A stretch of 50,154 bases of DNA, counting the filler, from Trypethelium eluteriae (lineage: Eukaryota): assembly GCA_051942245.1 (NCBI GenBank). It is 2 parts of 2 records of this genome, joined end to end, with 100 filler letters (N's around TTAATTAATTAA, not from the genome) between each part and the next. Parts side by side here need not be neighbours in the genome. Positions count along the whole stretch, not along the records: positions 1 to 25,051 come from JAVECL010000384.1; 1 more part is not named here. One strand, written 5' to 3'. The notes below the pieces were generated by a model, which was not told where the DNA came from, did not search any database, and saw nothing but the letters and a program-made list of their open reading frames with translations. The first letter of the stretch is position 1. Each line of letters starts with the position of its first letter. The position numbers and the translations under genes are program-made. Of this stretch, positions 11,661-25,151 are shown piece after piece.

Positions 11661-12857
11661 GTTTTTACTTGGAATCCAGCACCCGTGCGCGTAGCGGTTC
11701 AATGGCGCTTTCAATCGCCGTGACAGTGTTGTTTGATCACCAATCCGCAAGAGTCGCCGGGCTGTCCTTCAGAGCAGTCAATGGCTCTAATCTGCCGAAC
11801 TGGCGACCAGGCTAGGAATCTTCGTAACCTGCACAATCCCTGCTACCTCTCAGTTCAATGTGAAAGATATATGACCCCAGTTACTAGATTTGGCTTTTTG
11901 TTCGATGGCGAAGCGAGTGACGTGCCAATTTCGAGGGAATCGAGGTAATCTGTATCAAGGCTTGCGAGACTGAAGGGAGTGACGATGGGTAGGTGCGTTT
12001 GGTCAGGGTTGCCGAGGCAGTGAGTTGTCGCTTGTCGCGGTCGGCAGCTTGAACGATGTAAAAGTTATTGCACGAAGAGAATGAAAAGGATCGGCTGGTA
12101 GGCTCGATGAGAGGACTTCATTGGGGATCGAGAGAATGGGCTCTGTCGTAACGTGTAGCAGCGAGAGTGAAGGCGTGGGAGATGAGAGTCGCGGTCTTCA
12201 ACCAATCGGGTGGCTTCATTTAGTCGATGCTCGGTAGCATTGGCACGTGAATTTCGGCTGGCCCTAAGTACAGATGCGCAACCGACACCACACAAAATTC
12301 CAAGTCCTTCTGAGCTCTGCCTTTTCTTTCCTCCAAGCGTCATCCTCGCCAAAGCTGCGTTTCTTTGCTCACAAACAGACGTTTGGTTTCCACTGAACAT
12401 CAATATTTGCAAATGAGAAATTCGGAGAAATCTTCAAACTTGCCATCTTGTGCTTCCCTGCTTCGCACAGGTGCACGCTCTGGCTACTGCCTGTGAGGGT
12501 CTGGCGTGACTCACGTCTGCATTCGGCATCAGAAATTTCAGGACCTTCAGTCGGGTTTCCTTTTCCTTCGGGAAGGGTGGATCTGGTTTGGAGTTATCCT
12601 ATGGGAGCCGGTGCGAAGATAGTATGTACGCTCTTATGAGAGTGCGATACTTCAGTGCAATACGCAGCGTGCATGCTTGATTGTTTTGGCGTTCGACATG
12701 CATAATTCGATTCCGATTACTCTGGTGAGGATGACGCTTCACCTTTCAAAATATTTTTAGGTAAGTCGAATCGTAGCTTGAGTTAAGGGGGCCCAGGATA
12801 CTACTAATTTCATCTCAAAAATACATGTTTGTTATTCCCCAAACGACTGGAATTATT

Positions 12858-13680
12858 TTACTCAAGCTTGTCCGCGGAGCAATTCTCTCTCGACTCGGGT
12901 TTTCGTTCGAACATGATATCCGTCCGCATTGTCAACTTGACGCCTTTCAATACGTCGTCTCCGGAATGCCGCAGGCCGCGGTGCTGGAACACGAGCACCC
13001 TTCCTGTCTTGGGTCTTACCCCTAATTCTCGTTCCTCGTCGAACGAAAGGAAGTTGGTAGCACCACCTTCCAGTTTCTCGTCTCCTAGGTTCGAATCCTC
13101 ATCATTGAGGTATAGATGCAGGGTATAATATGACCTTTCTTGGCCATCAGGTGTCTCATAAACTCCGTCGCAGTGTGCTACTAAATGTCAGAACGCCGAT
13201 CTCTGGAATGCAGCAGGATCACATACCTTTGAAGAAATCACCGCTTGTGTATCTGAGAAACCTCATTCTCTCGTTCAAGCGTGTCATTTGCCACGTCTCC
13301 TCCCGTTTCAAGGGCCCAGGGCCCGTCACAAGTGGCCTTTGGTAGATTGTATTGAGCTCAGGCAAATGACCACTTATCCGAGCCCAGATTCTCGCTACAA
13401 TGTCGCGGTCGTCCCAGATAATGCGTCCACACCGTCTCGCATCCAATATTAACATCTGCTTTCCCTGCCCAATATTTACTTGTGCTTGCTCCCATCGACT
13501 GGACGAGTGATGCTCTGCTGCAGATACCAGGCTATCGCATTCTTCTTTCGAAAGGACGTTTTCAAGAATGGCAGCATATCGGCCGGCATACTCCGGTAGA
13601 TTGGTCTGGGAGAAATCAATCAATTGCTTGGTTATGTTCGCCGAAGGGTTGGAAAGGAAATTGCTTGGAAGAGTCGCCAT
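12858..13680 (-). CDS. 2-oxoglutarate/Fe(II)-dependent dioxygenase (prolyl 4-hydroxylase alpha-like); exons 13680-13227, 13177-12858
   Basis: Exon 1 has ENVLSKEEC and LNERMRFLRY. After a 49-nt intron (GTATGT...CTGAC...TAG), exon 2 (absent from the ORF track) reads HCDGVY...TLHLYLND...GGATNF...GRVLVFQH..LRHSG..V.KGVKLTMRTDIMF. This gives the HxD...H iron triad and the 2OG-binding basic residues. Confidence 0.92.
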
Positions 13681-14865
13681 GGTTATTGTTGTAATCGGTT
13701 GCTTGTGATTTTGGATAACATTTGTTCTTAAATACTTGAAAAGCATGTTGAAGGTGGTCGTGATGTTAGCCTTAAATCGCTGTTGCCTACTTTCTCATAT
13801 GACTTTACAACCCGCACAGCCGCACGAGTATTTCTCAAGGCTCATTCATGGCACGCCTAAACTGGTCGCAGTCTTAGAGCGTGGCACAGTCGGTTTGCAC
13901 ACTGCTGAACTATGGTGAGGTAGCTCGTAAACCAAGACTCTTGCGCCCAACGCTTAAATAGCGGTGACGGCTCAGATGCGCAGATGTGAGGTGGTGAAGG
14001 TGACTGATTCTACCTCCAAACGTTTCAGACTGATTTCTGGCAAGGACCGCAGAATTGGCCCCGAGAAGCTAGTCGAGCTATCATTGAGAATCAAAAGAAC
14101 TACGACTTGTGAAGGACGGTAGCGTCATTTTTTCTACCCATGAGTCACATAAGCACTACGGTACGGCAGGACTTTCTTCGCTGTCTCCTCGATAACGACG
14201 ATATCAAATGTCATTCTTTTTTATTCTCACCTATTGATTTATGGATTATTTGGTTTGAATCGGTCTACTAGCTTCTGATCATATACATATATCTAAGATC
14301 GAAATACAGTTGTTGCTGCCAAAAATGAGCTATGCTATATACGTCTAAATGTCATATTCCACAAATCAACGCTCAGGAATACAGTCATCAAGCTGCAGCT
14401 AGAAGTCTGCATTATGATGAATGACTACATTGTTCGGCTAGGCTTAACAGACTACCTGGTAGCAATCTCTCTGTCGGATGACGATCACTTGATAGGATCG
14501 CTAACTAAATTTGGACTTCTCAATTATGTATCGGAATATAAAATACACACATCAACCGTATTTTGATCATTCTTTACTCAACGGATCCGCGTAATGTCAC
14601 CAACAGAGTAGTCTGCTAATGATTGGTGAGAATTTTTCCGTCAGAAATGTCCTTGAAACACGAATAAGGTACTTTTGAATCCAGCGCTTAACAAGAACGG
14701 AACCTTGTATAGAGTAGGGTAGACCAAGCGGACCCCTCATCCCTTTATGAAAGCTACTCTACTGCAATTGTCCCAACTCCGACGTGACACGACAGTCTTC
14801 TTAATCATCAGCGAAACTGTTTCACCTCCGCCTTAGACTTCAAATAATTGCCTGCGATCGTGAGG

Positions 14866-15504
14866 ATGCTGTCGTTCATGCGCACGCAGGTTCCTCGAAC
14901 CAATACAGCATCGCAAAATCCATTAAAATTCGAGGATGGCCGCACTGAGATGATCTTCTACAATCCCAGTGCGCCATATTTGATGACCAACGTCATTCCC
15001 CCAGGCAAAAGTTTCTTCAATCCACCCCTTCACCTCCATCTTTTCCAGACGGAATTGTTTCATATTACATCCGGCACTGCCGCTTTCTATTTACGGCCGT
15101 CTTCGAAGAACCCGGGGCCCACGCTGGTCCCGCCGGGAGACACGATCCACATCCCTCGTCGCGCTTATCATCGTTTCGAGAATGCCAGCAAGACCGAAAA
15201 TCTCGTGATTGATCTAAGGTTAGATCCCCAACAGTGGGATGTGGAGGAGTGTTTCTTCCGAAACTTTTTCGGATATTTCGAGGATTGCAGGAAGGCGGGC
15301 CGAGAGCCAAGCTTCTTCCAGATCATGAGATTTCTGCATGCGAACGACACGCCGCTCGCCATACCTGTCCCTGAATGGTGCCCGGAATGGGTCGGATGCT
15401 GGGTGAGTCGAATATTTCTCGTTGTGGCAGGGCTCCTGATTGGCGAATGGACGTTGGGCTACAAGGGAAGCTATTCTGAATATTATCGAAGGAGGACGGA
15501 ATGA
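14866..15504 (+). CDS. Cupin (RmlC-like) domain protein
   Basis: First ATG at 14866. Cupin motif 1 PPLHLHLFQTELFHITSG and motif 2 PGDTIHIPRRAYHRFEN, followed by FFRNFFGYFED and a hydrophobic tail ending LGYKGSYSEYY, as seen in fungal cupin proteins. Confidence 0.82.
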   Translation: MLSFMRTQVPRTNTASQNPLKFEDGRTEMIFYNPSAPYLMTNVIPPGKSFFNPPLHLHLFQTELFHITSGTAAFYLRPSSKNPGPTLVPPGDTIHIPRRAYHRFENASKTENLVIDLRLDPQQWDVEECFFRNFFGYFEDCRKAGREPSFFQIMRFLHANDTPLAIPVPEWCPEWVGCWVSRIFLVVAGLLIGEWTLGYKGSYSEYYRRRTE

Positions 15505-18500
15505 TGGTCCCCAATACAGGGATGCTTCACTGGGCGGTGAGACGAGATAGCTATCTATTGCAAGCATTCTGACCCTGTGTGTCTGGAGTCACTTCAAGCG
15601 GCGCATGGTGCACAATCGTACAGATTAAGCGCGGACCTCATCGCCATCGTGACTAGTGCCAAGTCTTCGGAACATTCTTTGCAATACAAGGTATGCACAG
15701 TCTTGCTGCACTGACAAGGTATGGGTGCCGATTTGCCAGCTGCGAGGTGAATCCAAAGCACGCGAAACCCCTGATGTACGCCAGAGAGCCGGTGGAGCAT
15801 TGCCGGGTGGAGCAATGGAGATCTCTTCATTGTGGGGTTTCAACAACGGTACTGGTCTCACGTTATTTGGTGACCCACGCCTGTGCCGGTGTTGCCACTC
15901 TGAAGCAATGCTAATGAGGTGCTGCTGCTCTTGCTTTTTCCCAACAAAAAGTCCACGTGTACAGAGACGTCAGGACTCCGTTTCGTTAGGCTTTGAGTTC
16001 CGATCAAATGATGCCAAAGATCCCACCTGGGATAGCACTAGCCAATGGTTTGGGAGAAGCCCTCGATATTCTGTCGATGGCCTTCCTCGATGACATAGCG
16101 TCCTGACGTTCAATTGGCACCTTAGCTCCATGTATAAAGTCTCATTTAAGTGAGGGTCCTGAGACGAGTAACCCGTCCATTTACAGATCTCTCTTGAGTC
16201 CGTTCTAATGCCTGGCCATGTCCCAAAAGGGTCCGAACCTTATAATAGCTGCTAAAGGCAAGCAGTCCCTTGGGCCCAGAATGGCTACCTGCTTAAGTAG
16301 ATGGAAAGTCGTGTAACGTGGTACCTTCTCCAGGCGAGGATCGACGCAACGGGCCGCGACAGAGCCGCAGCGCAGTGTACAAGACGCAGATTCTTTCAGA
16401 GCCTATTTACGGCTTAGCTGGCTTTTGTTTTTCAGTGAAACGAAGGATGAGGATTTGTACTTGACTCAGGCGCCGCACGGCTGCCCCCACAGAATGGCGT
16501 GGGGGACGCCGCTCTATTTGAGGGGAGCGCATCAAATGGTGGAATAGTCGACTGACAATTCCAGGAAATGGCAAATGCCCTGGGGATCCGGCAGCGTCAT
16601 TGGATGCCTCGTCATGGGTGGCGGCCTAGACTCACCAGTATTTTGTTGTCCACCAATATCGTCAATATGCACATACATTATCGACGCAAGTTAGACGAAG
16701 AAGGCGTTTTTAGACAACAATCAACATCCGGCCGAGATGCATAGAAAAAGTCGATTAGCTCACATTCTGGTAGGCTGCTTACCAGATCAGTGAAGATTGA
16801 GCATCTCATTGGCAAAAAAGAGTTATATGGGATGACAAGGAAGATGATGCACGCTGCAGCGCTACTCGCGGGGAACCGGGGAAAGCACATCCGCGGCCTG
16901 TTGTGCTGGATGATCCTGCAGCCACATGAGCTGCACCCCGAGATCCTACTGCATGCAGAGCAGGGGAGCACCTGAGGTATGGAGTACTTGCTCCGTAGTC
17001 GCTGCAACATGAAGGCAATCGTTCCAATGGAATCTCTATCAGGGTACGATAATGAACCGCCATCTGCTGTGCCGCGTCTGGTCTCGATTGGAGTCGGATC
17101 ATGCTGCTTTTACGGAAGTAAGCGTTGCTGCTTGACTGAATCGGACAGGCGTTTTCTATGAAAAGATGTAGACGAGCTGCTCTTCGGGACATCTAAACTG
17201 CTTTTGTTCAACGAGTCAGTCGAGATTTGTCTACGATTGATACACCAGCGTCATGCATGCAAGCTTGCGGCGACTGCATCGTCAGAGGTATAGATTCATA
17301 GGCCGATAGCTCGGCGACCCTGCCTTGATTCAGGCTGTCATGACATGAAAATCTTTCCCCACGATGGTTCCAATAATCTGTCGGCAGAGTTCGAGATGGG
17401 GCGGGACAGCGGATGGGTCAGGAACCAGGATCTGCAAACCCTGGAGCCCCCAGTCTGATTGTGTACTTTTTGCTTGTTCCCGAAGCTCTGGTTCATTTTT
17501 CCATGGGGTCAGGTGCTTTCGACGTCTAGGCTGTCCAAGCCCCTCGGCCAGGGCGTTTCGCTTTCGTGTCCTCATCGCTCAACACGACCGCCGTTTTTCC
17601 CGTCTGCCCGGTCCCAGTAGATATGGCCGTCCCCAATGCGAGAGTGCAAACACGGAAAGAGCACGAGGCCCGGTCAATGTTTGGTTGGGCGGACGACGAG
17701 ATTCCAAGGAAGCTGGGTTTGAAGCGTGAGAGACTCACCTTGCGTGTGCTAGCCGCCAATAACGAGGCGTCGGTACGATCTGGTGCAGGCGTGACTAGTA
17801 TCGTATGGCGTACTCTCCTCTCTCTCGATATCGGGGAAGCGAGCGAAGCTCCGCCACTGTTAAGATATGACACAACCGCCACAGCCCTAGATGGAGCGCG
17901 TAGCGGGAGGAGAGCTACGATCTGGTGGAGCGGCGAGTCTGGTCGGTAGGCGCCAAGGAGGGGCTCATCTCCAGCGTCTACAGCAGCACGGAGCAAGACC
18001 TGCCGAATCAGGCCCGTCAACCGCGAGATGCAGCTAATAATTTCCGTTCGGCTGTTGCGAGGTACGTACAGCTGCAGGGAGGCTGGACGAGGGCGCATCG
18101 AAGCGCAGAAAGGCGCACGCGGAGACCGTTCGCTGGCCAGAGCACGACTACCTAACCTTACCGTAGGAGCATCCCTTACCCCACCCTGGCACGTCGCATG
18201 GCCCTTATGCTGCTCACTCGCGATCAGCGTCCCGTCTACCGTTGAAATCGAAGACATAGCTTCATGCACGACTCCAGAAACAGTGTGTGGCTCCAGATGG
18301 CGTTCCCAATTCTTCTGACTTCATCCTCGCACTATCCTTCCACCACACGAAACTCTACTAATATCAGCCCGAGACGGCCAGCTGGGTCCTTCCCATTGAG
18401 CGGCCAAGGTGACAATGTGGCTGGCTTATATATCTACTCGTGCCTGCGTCTTGCTGTTACCCCAATTCCATCATCTCGAAGGTGAAGGGTGAGCTTCGGA

Positions 18501-18542
18501 CGGAGCTGCTCTTTACATGCCCCTCGTTTCCTTTCCTCTGCC

Positions 18543-20073
18543 ATGTTTCTCGACAGCGTAGCGTTGACTTTTATTTCGCTCTGGTAAATCATGATGACCC
18601 TATCCCTTGAAAAAAAAATTTTAAAAAAAAAATTCCATTGCTAGCTGGTTGAGGGCATGCTGACTTTGATCTCTTGGTTCCTGTAGGCTTTTCCGTTATG
18701 TTCGCTTGATCGTCAATTGCATCTCTTTTTGGACATTCCGGCCGGTTCCATTACCCGAGGAACCCACTTATGGTCCTAACGATGTTACGATAATCCTTCC
18801 TACCATTGCGGGTGACGGGGACGAGTTACGTGAGACGATCAGGTCTTGTCTACGATGCCGTCCTTTCGAACTCATAATTGTCACTGTCGATGCGAATCTC
18901 AAACGTGCCAAGCAGATGGCGAGAGAGATGAACGAGAAACGAATTCGAGTGTTTAGCGTGACTCAGGCAAACAAACGCCGACAGATGTGTCGTGCGATAC
19001 CCGAAGTCCTGACCAAAGTCACCATATTCGCCGATGACGACGTGATCTGGCCTCCTATGCTTCTGGACTGGATCCTTGCTCCCTTCGAAGATTCTGAGAT
19101 AGGGGGCGTTGGCACCTCACAACGACTTCGGCGTGAGCCCCAGCCCACTATCTGGAACTTCTTGGGCGCTTGCTACCTAGAGAGGCGTAACTTTGATATT
19201 GGTGCATGTACACACATCGACGGCGGACTACCCTGTCTGTCTGGGAGAACGGTAGCATATCGTACCGAGATCCTCCGGCATGATGATTTTACGAAAGACT
19301 TCACCAATGAGACTTGGGGCAGCTTCCAATTGAACGCCGATGATGATAACTTCATCACTCGCTGGCTGGTGTCACATGGATGGAAGACGTACATCCAGTT
19401 CCACAAACAAGCTGAGGTCCAGACAACCCTTGAGAGCAATCAAAAATTTCTCCGACAGTGCCTTCGGTGGTCGCGGAGTAATTGGCGTAGCAATATGACG
19501 AGCATGTTCGTTGAAAGGCATGTCTGGTGGTGAGGCCTACATTCACTTTTTGGTTCTAGTTCAACCGTGTGGCAATGACTGATGAACATCTGATCAGGCG
19601 ACAGCCGTGGAGCACGTACGCTGTCCAGCAAACTACTCTTACCGCGTGGTCTCTTCCAATTGATGCAACCCTCCTGTACCTCTGCTACAGAGCCACGGAG
19701 CACTGGCAGCCCCGTAATCAGGAGGGTGCATTAATCTTACAAGTTACGTGGATGTTATGCAGCAAGTTTGTCAAACTCTTGGGTCACTTCATCCGGTATC
19801 CTGAAGATGTGATCCTCTTTCCTGTCTATGTGGCATTTGGATACTTCCATTGCTTGATCAAGCTCTATGCAATGTTTACTCTCTCGGAAGTAAGACGCAC
19901 TCCTCTGGCTGGCACCCAAGGCTTGATTTCTCGAGTCTAAACTCCTTGAAGTAGGAAAGGCTAACTAGATTATGCAGACTGCCTGGGGAAGCAGAGAAGG
20001 CGCTGACGTGGACGATGATTTGAGAATGATCAGACGCTCCGAGCCGTATACCAAAGCTGGCACGGAGAAATGA
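18543..20073 (+). CDS. Membrane-bound processive glycosyltransferase family 2 (Cps1/hyaluronan-synthase-like polysaccharide synthase); exons 18543-18583, 18687-19529, 19598-19889, 19978-20073
   Basis: N-terminal WLFRYVRLIVN. Motifs FADDDV (DxD), CLSGRTVAYR, ADDDNFITRW, QCLRW (QxxRW), C-terminal TM helices and TAWGSR. Three GT..AG introns each keep the frame. Confidence 0.92.
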
Positions 20074-23000
20074 AGACACTTTCATCCAATACCTACTTCT
20101 GTCCATATTCCGGCGTCGGGATACCCTATACAGGATTCTTCTTTTCTTATGTCTCCGGGTAGGCTTCTATAGAGGCGCTGTTAGCTCAATGACGTTGATA
20201 GCACCAAAAGTCTGCTAGTTCTCCTTTTGTTCATTCAACATTCGACATGGCGCTTGGGAGACGGAGAAAAGTCGGGCTTGCAGCTACCTGGTAACTTCGA
20301 TTCGCTGAGGCCCCTTAATTTGCAGCATACACGGCTGATGGGTTTGTCAGTCTCAAATTGATAATGTACAATATGATCAATAGTGGTTCTTGAGTGAAAA
20401 TCCACTTAATGACAGGGTCTTCATGCTGTAGTAACAACCCTTCTGGACCGATGTGAGTCGAAGATGACGATCACGAGGGAAGGTCGTCTCTTCGCTTGAT
20501 GTTTGGTGGTGCACGACATCGCCGGATCTGCAGTTGTGACTTGCCTGATCCCTGATGCAGAACATCGACGACTAGTGCAAATGTAAGATGAGTCGATACG
20601 AAATACTGTCTGTGTTGAACATTTGTTTTACGGATTTTCCCCCCCCCACGATCCATCGACGCGTCTTGTTGCCCCGCTGAGCACGCCAAGTTGGCGCTGC
20701 ATACGCGCGTTAGCCACCACAAACGAGTCTGGGATAGGGATGGCTAAAGTTCGTGAGGCGGCGCTATCGACGCCATATGTTGCCATCGGACCTCCCGATT
20801 ATGCACAGCGTCGTCGTCGGGCCACGGTGGCCTCGGAACAAGTGAGAAAGGCGAGGGGTACTGATACATGCTGCCTCGTGCTCTGTCCGGAAAGATGGTC
20901 CCGACGCTTTTATCCGGCCGGGCTGCCGAGTTGAAGTGCAGCAGTTGCGGGAGCATAACTCCAATTGAACTTTAATTGTAACACAGGGCGAGAGGGCGAG
21001 AGGATTATCGTCGTTGTCCTCGATTCCAGCGAATCCGAGAGGACGACAGAAGCGAGCAGGGTTGTGCTTCACGGGTATGTCCGTGCCTGGTGTCAACACA
21101 TGCTCGTCATCCTCATCGGTCGAGCCGTCCCGCAAAAACAAAGCATGTGCCAAGCTCTAGTGGTGACAGACGGGGATACACCTTGCTCGAGTGCAAGGAT
21201 ATAATCCTTCTCATCACCCTGTGCCCGCCAGCCTCTGACCTCCATCTCCACCTCCACCATCTCTGTCAGTGGTAGCCCATTTTTGCACTTGCCATTAGTC
21301 CTGCCGACCAGAATTCCTGCGTACTCCAGCAGAGGAGGAAATCCGGTCGCCTTCTCCCTGCCGCTTCCGGCCTCTCAAGATGCTGCGAATAGTCCGGAGT
21401 GCCTCGGAAATCCTTCGACTTGCGAGTAGAATACAACCTAACACGTCGAAGTAGGCAGTTGCGGTAGTTAGGGCGAGTTCCGCCGCCATCTTAATCATTC
21501 TTTTTCTTTCACAGCTTTCTGACTATGGCATCTTCCGCGGTCCCAAGTGAACCCTTAGCATCCAGTGCTAGAGTGTGTCCAAGCACATCGTCGCCTTGCA
21601 ATTCGCTTCCGTGTCGAGACGGCTTACCATAGTGTGCCTTCTTAACAGCGCTTATATGCCGCCAAAACTGACTGCTTCCCCACCTCTGCAATCGCGGCTA
21701 CGAGTCTACCAGTCGTCCTTCCCACAGGGCTTATGTTAGTACTGCCTGGAGAAATTAGGGGATTCAACATTCAGATGGTCTCGGACATGGGATTCCTAAT
21801 CGACCGAAAAGCTGCCGGCGCGTTAAAACGGCCGTTCCAAACCACCATGGATGAGCTCATGTCGGTACCTGAGTCATTGTCCGCTAAGATGAGCAGAGCG
21901 GACCCTACCTAATACGGAGTGAGGACGTTGCTTTGCTCCGCTGCTAATAGCTGAAGATCGTCAGCATTACCCGCTCATCGTTGCCAACCCTGTGGCAATC
22001 TCTTCTCTGCGTGAACCGTAATCATTTCAGCCACCATTGATTTCCACTGCGGGGCTCCCATCTTTGATCACGAAAGAGCGGGAGTATTCACGGAGTGCGA
22101 TACCCATAGCTGTCGCGTAGTAGCAGGCTCGACTGTTTGTCCCTCCTCTTCTTTGCTATTTCCATTGCCCACGTGCATCCATTCACCTTCAAATAACCGG
22201 ACTTTGATTACGGCTCCGCGTCACAAGTGCATCTTTGCCAAAAGGCCGATCTTCTCACATCAGAACGGAATCTTTGCCCTTTTCAACGGGTAATCCGAGA
22301 CATTGTCTCTGCGAGGTTTCTCTCTTGCCAAACAAGAACCATGGGGACGGCATTGAGCTTTATTAACGCGTCATGGCTTGAAGCCATCATCTCACTTGCA
22401 TCTCTTCGGCAACACATACTGTGTCTTCTCGATATCATACCTAGACGCACTCATGTACCAGGGCTGACGTACGTCTTGTGTAAGCAAACGTCACACAATA
22501 AATTGCGATAGTGAACTACTTTCCATTAAGATTGAATACGGAAAAACTGATACGTCTACGCACAGACTTTCCATCTCCAGACGGCTAATCAAGAGGGTGC
22601 AACTAGTCTTGAGATCTACATTAACGAGAATAAGGTTCTTACTAGGAGCATGTCCTCATGCGCGTCATCCTGTAGGCTGCACGTATTTAATTGCCACCCA
22701 GCCACGGCGCTCTCCAGCAGGAAGGGTGTGCTTAGGCGAGTAGAGTACCAGATTTGGTACTCCGTAGACCTCTGAGGCGGCTGAGTTGTGTCACCATGAA
22801 CTCGCGTACCAGACTCATCTCAACCCCACACATCCGACCTCTGCACCGGACGGTCTTAGAACCCAGCAGGCTTACCAAAGCGTCCGAGTCCAGATGAAAA
22901 TGCATAACACTGCACTTTCCATGATTACACCAAGGCACTTGATTGCTAAATCAGCAGTCAAGCATGCTTGCTTTTCATCTGAAACATTGGCCTTCAATTA

Positions 23001-23418
23001 TCGTGAACAGTAAAAATAGGAATACGTCCTACAAATGATTAGACCTCGTCTTCTTTGCTATTCTACCATGACATCCGTTTTTCGATATGAATAGGGTATG
23101 CTAAAGATAGTGAGTATTGTTGCGTTTAAGAAATAGGTGACGAAGAAATGAAAGAAAGAAAGAAGAAGGGAAAAGTATACTTGGATGACGAACACGAGTC
23201 GCAATACGCGCTTCCTTCGTGAAGCTCTTGGAATAAATTCTGAAGACATCAGCACGATGAATACAGCACGATAGTGTTACGAACAGCGCTATCCATTTGA
23301 TCAAACGTTATTTTGAAGCCTGAGAACACTGCCTTATATCATTGTTTTGTGTTCGATCGACTGCCGTTTATTCATACTACGAAATCGATGAGTCTGTATT
23401 TGTGCAGCTTCTAGCTTT

Positions 23419-25051
23419 CTATAAGCGACCCCAAGGAAATGCCTCACTCCCCTTCCATGCGAGCACCGCAATACCACCTCCCGGTCCCAGTAACCTCAGC
23501 GCCCACCGACAAATCGTTGCTATCCACCTTCCTACTTGAAGCTCTGCTGGTGCTGCCACGCCTAGGAACATCTCTGGGGTTCCCGTTACTGATCTTGCCT
23601 GCAATCTCTCCAACCCGTCCTCACTACACATCCCCTTCCTCTGCTCGCTCTTACTCAGAATCCCATACCTCAGCAGTGTCTCGCTGCATGTGACAAAAAT
23701 ACTAATCACAATCAATACAATAATAATCCACGTCAACCGACTCATCTTCTTATCCGCCACCGCCTCGCCCAACATCTCAGCCAGCTCCAGAAACACCTTG
23801 CACCGCTCATTCAGCACCTTAATTCTGCTCTCAATCTCCATATACTCCCGCACCGCCACGTACAGCGGATGCAGATGGGGCTCCGCGTCCCAGAAGAAAT
23901 TCGGCACATCCAGCATATTCGACGAGAGATTGACCTCCACCCGCGAGGTGTACAACCTGCCCAGGATCTTGACTACGTCCTCACGGCGCATGCCGAGCTT
24001 GCCCGTGAGCGCGAGCCGCTTAGGCACGTACTGAGCCTCCAGCATGGTAGTGCCCATGCGAGCCTCGAAGAAGGACAGCTTCGTGCTCTGCGCGATGGCG
24101 TGCGACATGGTGAGCTTGATCATGTGGTCGCCGCTGCGCAGCGTAATCATGTCGTTGAAGAGGCGCGGCCGCGGAATCGCCGTGTTGTATTCGAAGTGCA
24201 GCTCTTCGGTCTCGCAGTCTTGCTCGGGCTGCGGCCGAGTGGCGAGGGAAAGGGAGCCTCCTGAGGGGGAGCAGGCGAAGGTGAGGTCGGCGAGGATGTC
24301 CTTTTCTTGGATCTCGGTGAAGTTCCAGAAGACGACGACGCCGTAGCTGAAGACGAACATCTCAGCGAAAGTTTTAGGGAGAGTGTGTGCGGGGAGGTGG
24401 GATGGCGAGGAGGAGCGGGTCGATGTTTCGTGGCTGCTGGGTCGAGAGGAAAGGGCGTGGCCGTCGGGATGGGAGTCCTGTTCATGGCGAGGAGGACGAG
24501 ATTCAGCGTCATTTCGTGGGGAGTCTTTGACTGCGTATTCCTCATGCCCATGCTCGCCATCTTTGACTGCATATCTTTCGTGTTCTCTTTCCTCAGGAGG
24601 TGTCTCATCTTGTCTGCCACTCCAGTGAACGTCCTCCCCCTCATTCTTTACAGCATATCCACCTTCCATCCCATTCTCAAAATACCCTTCTCGGTATTCT
24701 CTCCTCTCATTCCGCTCAATCTCCTCATCCAATACCGCCTTACCCCCCGGACTCTTCAAGACGGGACTACTCCTCACCCTGTATCCCTCCACCCCTGGTA
24801 ACAGCGGCAAATGATACACCGTATACAAACAATCATCATACAACTTCGTCCTCGCTCCATGCCTCTCCCTCACAAACTCCGCCGTCGCCCTCAACTTCCA
24901 CGCCTGCGCCACCCCATACGCCGTCACCCTTGCAATATCGCGACTCCTCTGCGCCTTCGGCAGCCGCTCCGCCCAACTCTTATCCTTCCCTTCCTCACCA
25001 CCACCATCCCCTCCTCCTTCCTCCACTCTCATCCTCCTCCTCCTCCTCCTC
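23419..25051 (-). CDS. RMD1/RMD8 (DUF155, Sif2/Sif3-like) family protein, 5'-truncated by the assembly gap
   Basis: Motifs RVTAY, LYDDCLY, EMFVFSYGVVVFWNF, NDMITLRS, SHAIAQSTKLSFFE, NMLDVPNFFW, RIKVLNER and a C-terminal TM helix (WIIIVLIVISI). The frame is open up to the N-run, so no real start codon is visible. The exact 3' end could be spliced. Confidence 0.88.
25033..25051. repeat. (CCT)n microsatellite (poly-Glu on the minus strand) running into the gap
   Basis: cctcctcctcctcctcctc immediately before the N-run. Confidence 0.85.
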
Positions 25052-25151
25052 NNNNNNNNNNNNNNNNNNNNNNNNNNNNNNNNNNNNNNNNNNNNTTAAT
25101 TAATTAANNNNNNNNNNNNNNNNNNNNNNNNNNNNNNNNNNNNNNNNNNNN
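25052..25151. other. Artificial assembly spacer: N44-TTAATTAATTAA-N44
   Basis: Exactly 100 nt, symmetric N-runs around a palindromic 12-mer (25096-25107) that puts stops in all six frames. This is a typical contig-joining linker. Confidence 0.96.

Noticed and set aside
17526..18269. 247-aa minus-strand ORF and overlapping ORFs upstream of the GT2 gene
   Set aside because: Arg/Ala/Ser-rich composition typical of chance ORFs in GC-rich DNA; no motif and no supportable exon structure.
18610..18634. A9-T4-A10 tract
   Set aside because: Lies within GT2 intron 1; a simple homopolymer with no evidence of function.
712..20073. Secondary-metabolite gene cluster (SDR, oxygenase, cupin, GT)
   Set aside because: No PKS, NRPS or terpene synthase backbone or cluster regulator, and the genes are interspersed with the housekeeping gene RAX1.
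20600..21700. Possible spliced minus-strand gene (CTAAC/TTAG signals, ORFs 20764-21153 and 21295-21498)
   Set aside because: I could not build a consistent frame or recognise any family.
25096..25107. Palindrome TTAATTAATTAA as a biological site (e.g. piggyBac TTAA target)
   Set aside because: Centred in symmetric N-runs totalling 100 nt; it is an assembly linker.
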